From: an uncultured Acidobacteriota bacterium
GTDB lineage: Bacteria > Acidobacteriota > Thermoanaerobaculia > UBA5066
Direction: 5' to 3'
DNA length: 64,000 nucleotides
NCBI GenBank assembly: GCA_963779415.1
Contig: CAVZYA010000001.1
Coordinates: 1,664,001-1,728,000, forward strand
In this document: positions 29,745 through 40,817 of the stretch, in pieces
Numbering within the stretch: the stretch's first letter is position 1
Layout of the letters: the number at the start of each line of letters is the position of its first letter
Position numbers and translations under genes: made by a program
Notes under the pieces: generated by a model
What the model saw: only the letters and a program-made list of their open reading frames with translations
What the model was told of the DNA's origin: nothing
Database searches by the model: none

Positions 29745-30511
29745 ATGCCCCGACGTGACGTTTCTGGACGCCCTGTCTTCCCCCCGGGTCCCCACGCCCG
29801 CCGTCATCATTCGCTCTCTTCCTCTCGCCTGATCGCCCCCTCGCGCTGCGCCGGCTGTGGCGGGCCTCGGCGCGAAGCCGGCGGCGGCGGGTTCTGTCCC
29901 TCCTGCTGGAAAGGCCTTCCCCGCTTCGAGACCGGTTCGACCTGTCCCCGATGCGCGATCCCGACGGGCGGCACGCTTTGTCGGGGGTGTGCCGCCTCGG
30001 AGCCGCCCGTCGAACGGGCCGTGGCTTTCGGCCCGTATGAGGGGGGCTTGAAACGGCTCGTCCACGCGGTGAAGTTCCAGGGCTACGACATCGCCGCGGC
30101 GCCCGCCGGCGCCCTTCTTGCGGACGCCGTGCGGGGCGAGGGGATCGACGCTCCCGACGCCGTCGTGGCCGTCCCTTCGACGCGCCGCCGAAACCGGGAG
30201 CGAGGCTACGACCCCGGAGCCCTCCTCGCCGAGGAGCTTGGCCGGCGCCTTTCCATTCGCCTCATCCCCGCGCTTGCACGCGTGAGAGAGACCCCACCCC
30301 AGTCCGCGCTGGGAGCTTCCGAGCGGCGCTCCAACGTCGCCGGCGCCTTCCGGGGCCGCCCGATTGCCGCCGGCCGGTCGCTTCTTCTCGTCGACGACGT
30401 GATGACGACGGGAGCGACGGCCTTCGCGGCCGCCGGGGCGCTCCGGGACGCCGGCGCGAGACGCGTCGACCTCGCCATCCTCGCGCGGACTCCGGAGCCG
30501 GAGATGCATGA
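29745..30511 (+). CDS. comF: ComF family phosphoribosyltransferase-like protein
   Basis: Zn ribbon CAGC/CPSC/CPRC/CRGC, RERGYD, LLVDDVMTTGAT; true stop obscured by a probable frameshift. Confidence 0.8.
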
Positions 30512-31423
30512 GCCTTTTCGACCGACTCGTCGTCGCCTCGATCCCCTTCATCCCGCGCGGCGTCGTCCACCGGGTGGCGCGCCGATACGTCGCGGGGGAG
30601 ACGCTGGAGGACGCGATCGCCACCGCGCGGTCGCTCGCCGCCGAGGGGGCGATGGCGACCCTCGACGTCCTGGGCGAGAGCGTGACGCGCCCCGAGCAGA
30701 CCGAGGCCGCGCGAGACGAGTACCTCCGGGTGCTCGACGCCATCGCCGCGAGCGGCCTTCCGGCGAACACGTCGGTCAAGCCGACGGCGGTGGGGCTCAG
30801 CGATCGACCCCGATCTCGGCGCGCCGCAATCTCGCGGCGATCTGCCGGAAGGCGGCCGGCCACGGCATCTTCGTCCGCCTCGACATGGAGGACACCCCCT
30901 ACACGGAAAAGACGATCCGCCTCGCGCTCGACCTGAAAGCGGAGTTCGGAAACGTCGGGACGGTTCTGCAGGCATACCTCCGCCGAAGCCTCTCCGATCT
31001 CGACCGGCTCGGTCGAGGCGCAGATGAACGTCCGGATCTGCAAGGGGATCTACAACGAGAAGCGGGAACTGGCCTACAAGGGCCACGACGTCGTCGTCCG
31101 GAACTTCGCCGCGATGGTGGAGAAGCACCTCGGCTCCGGCGGCTACGCGGCCATCGCGACCCACGACGAGGCATGCGTCCAGAGCGGCGCTCGCGACGAT
31201 CGACCGGCTGAAGCTCCCGGGGAACGCCTACGAGTTCCAGATGCTCCTCGGAGTCGATCCGCTCCTCCGGCGCGTCCTGATCGCCTCGGGGCACCGGCTT
31301 CGCGTCTACGTCCCCTTCGGGCGCGACTGGTACGCGTACTCCACGCGAAGGCTGAAGGAGAACCCGTCGATCGCCCGCCACATCGTGAACGCCATGCTCG
31401 GGATGGGGCCTTCCGGAAGCTGA
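30508..31423 (+). CDS. putB: Monofunctional proline dehydrogenase (frameshifted)
   Basis: RRYVAGETLEDA, LDVLGE, RLDMED, VLQAYLRRS, RICKGIY, IATHD, QMLLGV, YVPFGRDWYAYSTRRLKENP. Confidence 0.85.
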
Positions 31424-31487
31424 CCTCTGGTTTCCCCGGTTGACGTCCGGAGGAGAAGGGGACGATGATTCCCGGCGGGAAACGGCC

Positions 31488-33362
31488 GTGCAAAGACTGC
31501 GGAGCCCCTTCGCCTGCATTCTGGCCTGCGCGGCGGCGTTCCTCGTGGTCCGGAGCGCGGACGGGGCGGAGACGCCGCGTGGCGCGCCGATCTCGGGGAT
31601 CGTTCGCGCGGGAAAGGTCGCGCTCTCCGGCGTGACGGTGATCCTCCGCACCGTGACGCCGGGCGGAGAACCCTCCACGCGCATCGTGGCGTCCGACCGG
31701 GACGGGACGTTCGTCGTCCCGAACGCCCCCGCCGGCGTCTACACGCTCTTGGCCGCCGTGCCGCGGCTCCCGTTCGCGGTGGCCCGCGTGCTTCACTCGC
31801 CGTCTCCGGACGCCGTGACGTTCGTCCTGCTCGATCTCGGCGAGGCGCCCGGCATCCTTCCCGGGACGCCGCGCGGAAAGGCCGATCCCTTCGTCGCCCG
31901 CGCCGTGACACAGGGAGACGTCCTTCGCGACGTGGCGGCAATCCTTTCCGCCCTGGATGCCCCCCCGCCGGAGACCAAGATCCCGGCGACGGGCTCGCAG
32001 ACGACGACCTCGGCAACGCGTCTTCCGGTTCGTGCCTCCGTCGCCTCGACGGCCGGCTTCGGCACGGCCGGCACCGCCGCCCGCAGCGACACGACGGTCG
32101 AAGTCGGGGGCGAAATCGGGGAGCGGCTCCGCTGGGGCGTCGACGGGCGTTACAGCCGTCTCGACGCGGGAGACGGCGTCTCGGGCGGGGACGCGTCGCG
32201 CTTCGACGTCAACCTCTCCTCGGGGGAGTCGCAGAACCTCCACCTCACCACCGAGCGGCAGGTCCGCCTCCTCGACGAGAACGATCCGGAGCGGTTCGCG
32301 GCGCAGACGCTCGACTGGTCCGCCTCGACCGGGGAGCGATCGCAGGCGAGCGTCACGGCCCGTCTCGTCAGCCAATCGAACGCGTTCCGGCAGGGAGCCG
32401 TGGGGGCTCTCTTCGCCCAGGCCTCGGACCAGATGGATCTTTATGCCGGCTACCGGACGGATCTCGGCGACCGCTGGTCGGTGAGGCTGATCGCCGCTTA
32501 CCGGCATGCCGTCGCCCCGGAGTCCGGCAGCGCGACGCAGATCGTCGACAGCGAGACGCGCGTCGGGGCCGTCGGCACCGCGAACATCCTCCCTGCCCTC
32601 TCCGTCGAGGCGGGGGCCACCGGCGATCTTTCCGACCGGACGCGAGGCGTCACTCCCGAGCTCACGATCACGCTCCATCCCGGCTCGCGATTCCGGATCT
32701 ATGCCTCGGCGGCACGCCGCTTCGAGCAGCGACAGGACGACGGAACCCCGTGGGCACAGGCGAGCTCGGACGTAGCGGATCTGGCCCGGATCAGCAGCTC
32801 CCTTTACGCCGGGGGCCTCCGGTACGACTCGCCGGCGGGCGCCGCCTTCCTCGTCGAGGCGAGTCGGCGCAACATCACCGGAATCCAGCGTCTCCTGCTC
32901 GATCCCGACTTCTTCGTGAGGCAGGATTCCCTCTACTTCCTTCCGGGAGACGTCGCGACCGAACTCTCCTCGTCGGCATCGGGCCGGGTCGGACCGGGCA
33001 TCGAGGGCCGGCTGTCGGCGCGTGTCGGACGCGTGACGGGAGAGAGCCCGTCCACGATCGGGGAGGATTACGGGACGTGGACGATCGCGTCGGCGGGGCT
33101 TTACCTCCTCCCGACCGGAACGACGCTCGGCATCGGTTACCGCGTCGTCTCCCAGAGCCTCGTCCGGGGCGAACTGCTGATCCAAAACGATCTCGCCGCC
33201 TTCGACGTGAATCTCTCGCAGTCTCTGCCGGTTTCGCTTATCCAGTCTCTCGCCTCCGACTGGCGGGCACTTCTCTCCGTCGGGGTCGGGAAGAGACGGG
33301 ACGGCGCTGAAGAGGAGAGACCGAACCGCCGTCTCGCAGGGGGGCTGGCCGTTTCTTTCTAG
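31488..33362 (+). CDS. Outer-membrane protein with N-terminal carboxypeptidase-regulatory-like domain and C-terminal beta-barrel
   Basis: Signal peptide; ISGIVR...GVTVIL...SDRDGTF...GVYTL; ends GGLAVSF. Confidence 0.75.
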   Translation: MQRLRSPFACILACAAAFLVVRSADGAETPRGAPISGIVRAGKVALSGVTVILRTVTPGGEPSTRIVASDRDGTFVVPNAPAGVYTLLAAVPRLPFAVARVLHSPSPDAVTFVLLDLGEAPGILPGTPRGKADPFVARAVTQGDVLRDVAAILSALDAPPPETKIPATGSQTTTSATRLPVRASVASTAGFGTAGTAARSDTTVEVGGEIGERLRWGVDGRYSRLDAGDGVSGGDASRFDVNLSSGESQNLHLTTERQVRLLDENDPERFAAQTLDWSASTGERSQASVTARLVSQSNAFRQGAVGALFAQASDQMDLYAGYRTDLGDRWSVRLIAAYRHAVAPESGSATQIVDSETRVGAVGTANILPALSVEAGATGDLSDRTRGVTPELTITLHPGSRFRIYASAARRFEQRQDDGTPWAQASSDVADLARISSSLYAGGLRYDSPAGAAFLVEASRRNITGIQRLLLDPDFFVRQDSLYFLPGDVATELSSSASGRVGPGIEGRLSARVGRVTGESPSTIGEDYGTWTIASAGLYLLPTGTTLGIGYRVVSQSLVRGELLIQNDLAAFDVNLSQSLPVSLIQSLASDWRALLSVGVGKRRDGAEEERPNRRLAGGLAVSF

Positions 33363-33450
33363 GCGCCGCGATTCAATAGACCCGAAGAACTCTCCAAGAA
33401 TCAGAAGGCTCCGCCCGCCAAATCATCCTGTTGCGCTCCAACCGGCCTTG

Positions 33451-33502
33451 AAACAGTGGTTTAGATCACTCCGAACAATCGAACGAATGGCACCCTGATT
33501 GC
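33451..33502 (+). promoter_or_regulatory. sigma54 promoter (TGGCAC-CCTGA-TTGC, 33488-33502) with upstream IHF-like site (33451-33463)
   Basis: Exact -24/-12 consensus; AAACAGtggtTTA is one mismatch from WATCARnnnnTTR. Confidence 0.75.
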
Positions 33503-33518
33503 GTGTCCAAACAACAGG

Positions 33519-36272
33519 GTGCCATCTCCCCTCAGAAGATTCGACCGACTCCTGACCGGGTTCCTCGCTCTGATCTTCGTCGCGAGCGTGGTGCCGCTGG
33601 CCTTCGTCGTCTCGCGGAAGATCGCGCTTGCGGGCCGCGCAGACGTCCTGGTTCAGAGGGAAGCTGAAGGTCTCCGGGTCCTGAAAGTCGGCCGCAGTGC
33701 CGAGCCTTCCGGGCTGAAGGCCGGGGACCTCGTCCTTCTCGTCGACGGCGCCGATGCCGCGGCAGCCGGAGATCCGTCGTCGTGGCTCGCCCGGGGCCCG
33801 GCGGACGTCTCGATCCTCCGCAGCGGAGAGGTCCGGACGCTGCGAACGCGGCCCGTCCCTTCGCCGTGGGACATCCGGTACTTCTTCCTCTTCGCGACGG
33901 CGGTGGCGTTTCTCGTCACCGGAGCGACGGCCCTCGCGACGGCCTCGCGGTCTCCGCAGGCCGGGGCTTCACGGCTCTACGCCCTGTTCGCCTTGACGGT
34001 CGCGCTCGTCTTCGGCCTCACTCCGCTCGCGCCGATCGATCTCCTCTTCCGCGTCTCCGTTCTTCTCGAGGACGCCTCGCGCGCTCTCTTCCCCGCGCTG
34101 CTTCTCCTCCTCGTCCTGAGCTTCCCGCGCCCGACCCCCCGGGCCCTCCGCTTCGCCCCGTTCCTGCCCGCCGCCCTGCTCCTCGCGGCAACCGCCGCGA
34201 TCTACTCCGGCGCCGCCTTCGCGGGCGATCCCGTGCACGCCGTGGAGACTCTCGACCGGCTCCAGACGATCTGGATCGCCGCCGCCGTCGGCCTCTCGCT
34301 CCTCCGGCTCGAACGGCTCTGGCGCCGGCCCGGGGATCTCCTCGCCGAGAAACAGGCCCGCTACCTCCTGCTCGGCACCGGAATCGGCCTGGCGCCGGTC
34401 GTCGTTCTGAACCTCCTCCCGGGGCTCCTCGGGATCTCGATACCGATCCTTTCCTCCCTTTCGATCCTGCCGCTGGCGCTCGTTCCCTTCGCGTTCCTCG
34501 CGGCCCTCACGAATTTCCGTCTGTGGGATGCGGAGGTGCTGGGGAGGGAAACTGCCGCCCTCGTCGGCGCGGGTCTCGCCGGCGCGGCACTCTTCGCCGG
34601 GACGCAGATTCTCCTTTCGAACCCCGTCGTCCCCCTTCTCCCGTATGCGAGAGGAACCCTGCAGGCTGCGGCCGGCCTCGTCATCGCCCTCAGCTTCGTG
34701 CCGGTGCGGCGGGGGCTCTCGGCCGCGTTCTCCCGAATCCAGTACGGCGAGAACTGGAGCGCCCGTGAGGAGCTTCTCGCCCTCGTCCGCGAGCTCGCCG
34801 CGCCGCGGGCGGCCGGAGAGATCGAGCAGCTGCTGGTCACCCGCGCCGCCCGGGCCCTTTCGATCGGTCCGGCGGCTCTTCTTCCCGTCACCCGGGAGGG
34901 TCGGCTTCCGGCCGGAGCCGTGGACGGCGGGGAGGATCTGCACCTCGAGGAGCTTCCGGAGGAGGCCGCGCGCCACACGGTGCGCCTCTCGAGAAGCCGT
35001 CTCGACGAGAGCCAATCCGGGACGATCGAACGGCTTCGGGCCGCCGGCTTTCGGACCCTCGTACCGCTCGCCGCATCCGGGAAGCTCCTCGCCTTCTTCG
35101 CCCTCGGCGATCGGCTCGGCCGCGTGCCGCCTTCCCACGAGGACCTCGAGCTTCTGGAGACCGTTCTCGCCGCCGCGGCACTCGCCCTCGACCACGCGCG
35201 GCTCTACGAAGAGGTGAGGGCGCAGGCCGAGAGCTACCGGACGCTCAAGGAGTTCCACGAGGATGTCGTCGCCGGATCGGCGGCGGCGATCGTCGTGACG
35301 GACGAGGCGGGCCGTGTGGCATCGGTGAACCCCGCCTTTTCTCTCCTCGCGGCGCGCTCCGCCGCGGAGCTGATCGGCCGAATGGAGACGGAGGTCCTCC
35401 CGCCGGCGCTCCTCTCCAAGGAGTCGCCCCGGCGGCTGGAGGCGGACCTCGGCGGCGGCCCGCGCGTCCTCGACGCGGCCGTGTCGCGCTTCCCCGGGGC
35501 TCCGGCCGGGGCACGCGCTCGCGTCTTCGTCCTTCACGACGCCACGGAGACTGCCCGGCTGGAGCAGGCCCTCGCCGAGCGCGAGCGGATGGCCGCCCTC
35601 GGCTCGCTCTCCGCCGGCGTCGCTCACGAAGTCAATACGCCCCTGACGGGGGTGACCGGCTTCGCCCGCGTCCTCCTCGACGAGACGCCCGCCGACGATC
35701 CGCGCCGCCCGCTTCTCGAGAAGATCGAGCGGCAGGCCTTCCGCGCCTCGCGGCTCGTCGGAAGCCTCCTCGACCTGGCGCGCGGCCGTCCGCGCGAGCG
35801 CGTCGCCATCGATCCCCGGAACCTCGCGCGGGAGGCCGCCCGGGTCTTCGAGGAGGAGGTCGGGACGCACGGCGTGTCGCTGACCCTCTCGCTTCCCGCC
35901 GAGGCGCCTCCCGTCCTCGGGCACGACGACGCCCTTCTGCAGGTTCTCGTCAATCTCCTCAAGAACGCCGCCGAGGCCGCGCGCTCCGTCCGGGAGCGCG
36001 AGGTCCCGGGCGGGCCCGCCGTCCGGCTCGCGCTCGACGCCGAGGAGCGGTTCGTCCGGTTCGTCGTGGAGGACAACGGCCCGGGCCTCCCGGCCTCCGG
36101 AGCCGATCGCCTCTTCGATCCGTTCTTCTCGACGAAGACCGCCGAGGGGGGAACCGGGCTGGGGCTGACGATCGCGCGGGATATCATCCGGGCGCACGGC
36201 GGGTCTCTCGACGTCGCGCCGCGCCCCGAAGGCGGCGCCTGCTTTACGGTCCTCCTGCCGCGCGGCTCCTGA
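33519..36272 (+). CDS. Multi-TM sensor histidine kinase (PDZ-like, GAF, PAS, HisKA, HATPase)
   Basis: SGLKAGDLVLLVDG; AGVAHEVNTPL; QVLVNLLKNA; DNGPG; FDPFFSTK; GTGLGL. Confidence 0.92.
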   Translation: MPSPLRRFDRLLTGFLALIFVASVVPLAFVVSRKIALAGRADVLVQREAEGLRVLKVGRSAEPSGLKAGDLVLLVDGADAAAAGDPSSWLARGPADVSILRSGEVRTLRTRPVPSPWDIRYFFLFATAVAFLVTGATALATASRSPQAGASRLYALFALTVALVFGLTPLAPIDLLFRVSVLLEDASRALFPALLLLLVLSFPRPTPRALRFAPFLPAALLLAATAAIYSGAAFAGDPVHAVETLDRLQTIWIAAAVGLSLLRLERLWRRPGDLLAEKQARYLLLGTGIGLAPVVVLNLLPGLLGISIPILSSLSILPLALVPFAFLAALTNFRLWDAEVLGRETAALVGAGLAGAALFAGTQILLSNPVVPLLPYARGTLQAAAGLVIALSFVPVRRGLSAAFSRIQYGENWSAREELLALVRELAAPRAAGEIEQLLVTRAARALSIGPAALLPVTREGRLPAGAVDGGEDLHLEELPEEAARHTVRLSRSRLDESQSGTIERLRAAGFRTLVPLAASGKLLAFFALGDRLGRVPPSHEDLELLETVLAAAALALDHARLYEEVRAQAESYRTLKEFHEDVVAGSAAAIVVTDEAGRVASVNPAFSLLAARSAAELIGRMETEVLPPALLSKESPRRLEADLGGGPRVLDAAVSRFPGAPAGARARVFVLHDATETARLEQALAERERMAALGSLSAGVAHEVNTPLTGVTGFARVLLDETPADDPRRPLLEKIERQAFRASRLVGSLLDLARGRPRERVAIDPRNLAREAARVFEEEVGTHGVSLTLSLPAEAPPVLGHDDALLQVLVNLLKNAAEAARSVREREVPGGPAVRLALDAEERFVRFVVEDNGPGLPASGADRLFDPFFSTKTAEGGTGLGLTIARDIIRAHGGSLDVAPRPEGGACFTVLLPRGS

Positions 36273-36276
36273 AGTC

Positions 36277-37665
36277 ATGACGATCCTCATCCTCGACGAC
36301 GAGCCCGTCATCCGGGACGTGCTCCGGACGATCCTCGGAAAGGCCGGCTTCGGCGCGGTCGAGGCCGGGACCGCGTCCGAGGCCCTCGAGCTTCTCGCGA
36401 GCGAGCCCGTCGACCTCCTGCTCCTCGACCTGATGCTCCCGGACCGCCCCGGGCTCGAGGTCCTCACCGAAGTCCGCGCCCGCTGGCCGGAGCTTCCCGT
36501 CGTCGTCATCACGGCGTACTCGTCCGTCGAGAGCGCCATCGCAGCGATGCGTCAGGGGGCGTACCACTACCTCCCGAAGCCTTTCCGGAACGACGAGATC
36601 GTGCACGTCGTCCGGCAGGCCCTCGAGAAGCGGCGTCTCGTCGCCGAGAACCGCGAGCTGAAGTCCCGTCTCGACGGAGCGCGCGGCGGCCTCGGCGAGA
36701 TCGTCGGGCGCGGGCCGTCCATGGAAAAGGTCTTCGACACGATCCGGCAGGCCGCCAACGCGAGATCGACGATCCTCGTCGTCGGCGAGAGCGGCACCGG
36801 AAAGGAGCTCGTGGCTCGGGCGCTCCACCGTCTCTCGCCGCGGGCCACCGGCCCCTTCGTGACGGTGAACTCGGGCTCGCTGCCGCCCGACCTTCTCGAG
36901 TCGAACCTCTTCGGCCACGTCCGCGGTGCCTTCACGGGCGCCGTCGCGGACAAGAGGGGCCTCTTCAAGGTCGCCGACGGAGGGACGATCTTCTTCGACG
37001 AGATCGGGACGATCCCGCTCGAGACGCAGTCGAAGCTGCTGCGCGTCCTCCAGGAGCGGGAATTCCTCCCCGTGGGGGCCGTGGAGCCGATCCGCTCGGA
37101 CGTCCGCGTCGTCGCCGCGACGAACGCCGACCTCACCCGCTTCGTCGCCGAGGGGCGCTTCCGCGAGGATCTCTACTACCGGCTCTGCGTCATCACGATC
37201 CACCTCCCGCCGCTCCGCGAACGGAAGGAAGACATCCCGCTTCTCGTCGAAGCCCTCGCGGCGCGGGCCGCTGCCGAGAACGGGCGCGCCGTGCCGCCCG
37301 TCACCGCGGCCGCGATGAAGGCTCTCCTCGACTACGACTGGCCGGGAAACGTCCGCGAGCTGGAGAACGTCCTCGAGCGCGCTCTCGTCCTCGGGCCCGG
37401 CATCATCGGCGCGGAGGAGCTGCCGGACGCCGTCCGCCGCGCCGTGCCGCGCCCGGCCGCAATCCCGTCCGACGGGATCTCGTTCCAGGACGCCGTGGAC
37501 GCCTACCGGCGATCTCTTCTTTCGGCCGCGCTCCACCGCGCCGGCGGCGTCCAGAAGAAGGCGGCGGAGCTTTTGCGCCTGAAACCGACGACGCTGAACG
37601 AGATGCTCAAGCGCCAGGGCATGCTGTCGCGCGACCGCGACGACGGGGAGAAGCCCGCCCGCTGA
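36277..37665 (+). CDS. NtrC-family sigma54-dependent response regulator
   Basis: REC domain, GESGTGKE, GAFTGA, FFDEI, WPGNVRELEN, Fis-type HTH. Confidence 0.95.
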   Translation: MTILILDDEPVIRDVLRTILGKAGFGAVEAGTASEALELLASEPVDLLLLDLMLPDRPGLEVLTEVRARWPELPVVVITAYSSVESAIAAMRQGAYHYLPKPFRNDEIVHVVRQALEKRRLVAENRELKSRLDGARGGLGEIVGRGPSMEKVFDTIRQAANARSTILVVGESGTGKELVARALHRLSPRATGPFVTVNSGSLPPDLLESNLFGHVRGAFTGAVADKRGLFKVADGGTIFFDEIGTIPLETQSKLLRVLQEREFLPVGAVEPIRSDVRVVAATNADLTRFVAEGRFREDLYYRLCVITIHLPPLRERKEDIPLLVEALAARAAAENGRAVPPVTAAAMKALLDYDWPGNVRELENVLERALVLGPGIIGAEELPDAVRRAVPRPAAIPSDGISFQDAVDAYRRSLLSAALHRAGGVQKKAAELLRLKPTTLNEMLKRQGMLSRDRDDGEKPAR

Positions 37666-37671
37666 AGTCTC

Positions 37672-39333
37672 CTACCCTTCGCGGCGAAGGAGGACGAAAG
37701 TCCGATCGTCGGCGTAGGGGACGCCCCGCACGAACGCCGCGAGCGCCGCGAGGACGTCGACCTCGATCTCCCCGACGGCCTTTCCGCGCGAGTCCCGGAC
37801 GACCGAGAGCAGCCGGTCGATCCCGAATTCCTCGTCCTCGGGGTTCGACGCTTCCGTGATGCCGTCCGTGTAGAGGGCGATGAGGTCTCCGCGAGCGAGA
37901 GTCAAGTTGCCGGCGCCGTACGCCTTCCCCGGGAAGAGCCCGAGCGGAGGACCGTGCGCCTTCAGGAGCTCGTGCGTCCCGTCCGCGCGGACGAGGATGC
38001 CGGCGTTGTGCCCGGCGTTCGTCCAGACGATCCCGCCCGTGTTCGGCTCGTAGAGCGCCGTGATCATCGTGATGAACTTTTCCGGGCTCGTCTTCCGGAA
38101 GACGAGGTCGTTCAGCCGGGAGCAGAGCTTGTCGAGCGGAAGGTTCTCTCCGGCCCACGCCTGATAGGCCGCCTGCACCGTCGCGGCGAGGAGCGACGCC
38201 CCCATCCCCTTGCCGCAGACGTCCGCGACGACGACGTCGACACGACCGTCGGGGCGCTCGTAATAGTCGTAGTAGTCCCCCGAGACGCGGCGCGACGGCA
38301 CCGTCCGGCCGAGCATCGCGGTCCTCGGCAGCTCCAGATCGCGCTCCGGAAGGAGCCGGCGCTGGATCTCCCACGCGACCGACATCTCCCGCTCGAAGCG
38401 CTCCTTGGCGATGGCGCTCTCCCGCAGCCGAAGGTTCTGGATCTTCACGGCGGCCGTGTTCGCGAGGGACGTCAGGAGCCGCAGATCCTCCTCGGTGAAG
38501 CTCTTCCGGCCTAGCCGCACCTCGAGGTAGACGAGGCCGATGACCTGGTCGTCCACGAAGAGAGGCGCCGCCATGCACGACGTGACCCCCTGGATCCGGA
38601 TCGACTCGGCGGCCGCGAGCGGTCCGTCCGAGGCCGTGTCGATGACGAGAATGCCGTTCTTCCGTTCCACGACCGTCTGGACGAGGGTCTTCGAGAGGCG
38701 GATGTCGGCCGGGTCGACCCCTTCGGCGAACTTCACGAGCTCCGGCTTCAGCTCCCCCTTCTCGTCGGCGAGCATCAGGAGCCCGCGGTCCGGCTGGAGG
38801 TAGGTGAAGACCTTGTCGACGACGAGTTCGAGGAGCCGCGGCAGCGGGATGTCGGAGAGGAGTTCGACCGACACCTCGTTCAGGATCCGGAGGGAGGCGT
38901 TCAGCCTTGCCAGCTCCTCGGCGCCGAGACGACCGCCGCTCTCTTCGCGATGCGACCGGACGAGATCCCGCGACGACTGGAGGAAGGTCGTCCGCCGGAG
39001 GCTGTCGTCTTCCTTCGCGTCGATCACGACGCGCGTCGTCGACTCCTCGAGGATGTCGATGACGGTCTCGCCGAGCTGGATCCGGTCGCCCCCCCGGAGC
39101 GTGACCGGGTCGGAGATCCGGGTGCTGTTGACCATCGTCCCGTTCCGCGAGCCGAGATCGACGACGCGGATGAGCCCGCCGTTGGCCTGCTCGAGGCGCG
39201 CGTGGACGCGGGAGAGGGTCCGGTCGGAGAGCGGAATGTCATTCGTGGAGGAGCGGCCGAGCGTCATTGCCGGCCGTTCGAGGCGGAGTCGGCGCGGAGG
39301 CTCGCCGGGGACGCGGACGTTCAGGAGAAGCAC
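37672..39333 (-). CDS. FHA-GAF-PP2C (SpoIIE/RsbU-like) phosphatase
   Basis: LGRSS...SRVHA...DLGSRNGT (FHA); [26 protein letters not shown]. Confidence 0.9.
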   Translation of the reverse strand: MLLLNVRVPGEPPRRLRLERPAMTLGRSSTNDIPLSDRTLSRVHARLEQANGGLIRVVDLGSRNGTMVNSTRISDPVTLRGGDRIQLGETVIDILEESTTRVVIDAKEDDSLRRTTFLQSSRDLVRSHREESGGRLGAEELARLNASLRILNEVSVELLSDIPLPRLLELVVDKVFTYLQPDRGLLMLADEKGELKPELVKFAEGVDPADIRLSKTLVQTVVERKNGILVIDTASDGPLAAAESIRIQGVTSCMAAPLFVDDQVIGLVYLEVRLGRKSFTEEDLRLLTSLANTAAVKIQNLRLRESAIAKERFEREMSVAWEIQRRLLPERDLELPRTAMLGRTVPSRRVSGDYYDYYERPDGRVDVVVADVCGKGMGASLLAATVQAAYQAWAGENLPLDKLCSRLNDLVFRKTSPEKFITMITALYEPNTGGIVWTNAGHNAGILVRADGTHELLKAHGPPLGLFPGKAYGAGNLTLARGDLIALYTDGITEASNPEDEEFGIDRLLSVVRDSRGKAVGEIEVDVLAALAAFVRGVPYADDRTFVLLRREG

Positions 39334-39441
39334 GGCGGGGAGTCTAGCAAGGCACCGCCCGGAGGAGGGCCCGTCGAGCCGCGTGGTATCCTCTGCGGTT
39401 CCGCGACGGCTCACGAAAAGCGGCCGGTCGCCGAGGAAGCC

Positions 39442-39669
39442 ATGAAACCCAAGATCCATCCCGAGTACCACGAGGTCAACGTTCACTGCGCCTGCGGGAA
39501 CACCTGGAAAACCCACAGCACGAAGTCCGAGCTGCGCCTCGAGATCTGCTCCGAGTGCCACCCCTTCTTCACGGGGAAGGCGAAGCTCGTCGACACCGCG
39601 GGACGCGTGGAGCGCTTCCAGAAGCGCTACGCGAAGGCCACGAAGGCCGCGCCCCCGGCGTCCGCGTAA
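39442..39669 (+). CDS. rpmE: 50S ribosomal protein L31 (Zn-binding type)
   Basis: MKPKIHPEY...CACG...[11 protein letters not shown]...GRVERF. Confidence 0.97.
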   Translation: MKPKIHPEYHEVNVHCACGNTWKTHSTKSELRLEICSECHPFFTGKAKLVDTAGRVERFQKRYAKATKAAPPASA

Positions 39670-39728
39670 AGGCCGAGCCGGGCCCCCTCCCGGCCGCGGG
39701 CCTCCCCGTCGCCCGCGCCCCCAAGACG

Positions 39729-40811
39729 ATGTTCGAGAAGCTCGCCGAGATCGAACGGAAGTACCTCGAGCTGAAGGCGCGCTCGGAATCTCCGGAGGTC
39801 GCCTCCGACCACGTCGAGTACGCCAGGGCCGTCCGGGCGATGAAGGAGATCGCACCGATCGTCGAGAAGGTGCGCGAGCGGCGCCGCCTCGAGACGGAGA
39901 TCGGCGGCGCGAAGGAGCTGCTCGACACCCTTCCCCCGGCCGATGAGCTGCGCCCCGTCGCCCAGCAGGAGTTCGACTCTCTTCGCGAGCGGCTGGCCGC
40001 CGCCGAAGAGGAGCTGAAGGTCCTGCTCCTTCCCAGGGACCCGAACGACTCACGGAACGTCGTCCTCGAGATCCGGGCGGGGACGGGAGGGGACGAGGCC
40101 GGGCTCTTCGCCGCCGAGCTCTTCCGGATGTACGTCCGCTACGCCGAGTCGCGCCGCTGGAAGGTGGAGGTCGTCGAGCGAAGCGACGCCGGGGGAGTCG
40201 GGGGCATCAAGGAGATCCAGGCGATCGTCGAGGGCGAAGGGGCCTTCTCGCGGCTGAAGTACGAGGGGGGAGTCCACCGTGTCCAGCGCGTTCCCGCCAC
40301 CGAGACGCAGGGGCGGATCCACACCTCCGCCGCCACCGTCGCGATCCTTCCGGAAGCGGAGGACGTCGACGTCACGCTGAACGACAAGGAGATCCGCGTC
40401 GATCTCTTCTGCGCCTCGGGCCCCGGCGGTCAGGGGGTCAACACGACCTACTCCGCCGTCCGGCTGACGCATCTGCCGACCGGGACGGTCGTCCAGTGCC
40501 AGGACGAGCGGTCGCAGATCAAGAACAAGGCCAAGGCGATGCGGGTCCTGAAATCGCGCCTCTACGAGGTCGAGCGGGAGCGGCGCGACGCCGCGTACGC
40601 CGCCGACCGGAAGAAGATGGTCGGGTCGGGAGACCGGTCGGAGAAGATCCGGACCTACAACTTCCCGCAGTCGCGCGTGACGGACCACCGGATCGGATTC
40701 ACGTCACACCGCCTCGCGGAGATCCTCGACGGCCGCCTCGACGAACTGATCGACCCGCTCGTGGCGTATTACCAGGCGGAAAAACTCAAAGCCGAACTGG
40801 CAAGGAGCTGA
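39729..40811 (+). CDS. prfA: Peptide chain release factor 1
   Basis: VQRVPATE (PxT), [17 protein letters not shown]. Confidence 0.97.
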   Translation: MFEKLAEIERKYLELKARSESPEVASDHVEYARAVRAMKEIAPIVEKVRERRRLETEIGGAKELLDTLPPADELRPVAQQEFDSLRERLAAAEEELKVLLLPRDPNDSRNVVLEIRAGTGGDEAGLFAAELFRMYVRYAESRRWKVEVVERSDAGGVGGIKEIQAIVEGEGAFSRLKYEGGVHRVQRVPATETQGRIHTSAATVAILPEAEDVDVTLNDKEIRVDLFCASGPGGQGVNTTYSAVRLTHLPTGTVVQCQDERSQIKNKAKAMRVLKSRLYEVERERRDAAYAADRKKMVGSGDRSEKIRTYNFPQSRVTDHRIGFTSHRLAEILDGRLDELIDPLVAYYQAEKLKAELARS

Positions 40812-40817
40812 GCCCCT

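Noticed and set aside
29745-31211. Apparent ComF-proline dehydrogenase fusion
   Set aside because: The region between the two homologous parts is out-of-frame sequence; proline dehydrogenase has its own ATG at 30508
1582-31423. Multiple frameshifts (methyltransferase, GT4, GT2-GT4, GT2, dnaJ, glgC, OMP, comF, proline dehydrogenase) as pseudogenes, phase variation or programmed frameshifting
   Set aside because: Single-base indels, often in short homopolymers, with catalytic motifs intact and housekeeping genes also hit; best explained by long-read consensus errors. Read polishing would decide
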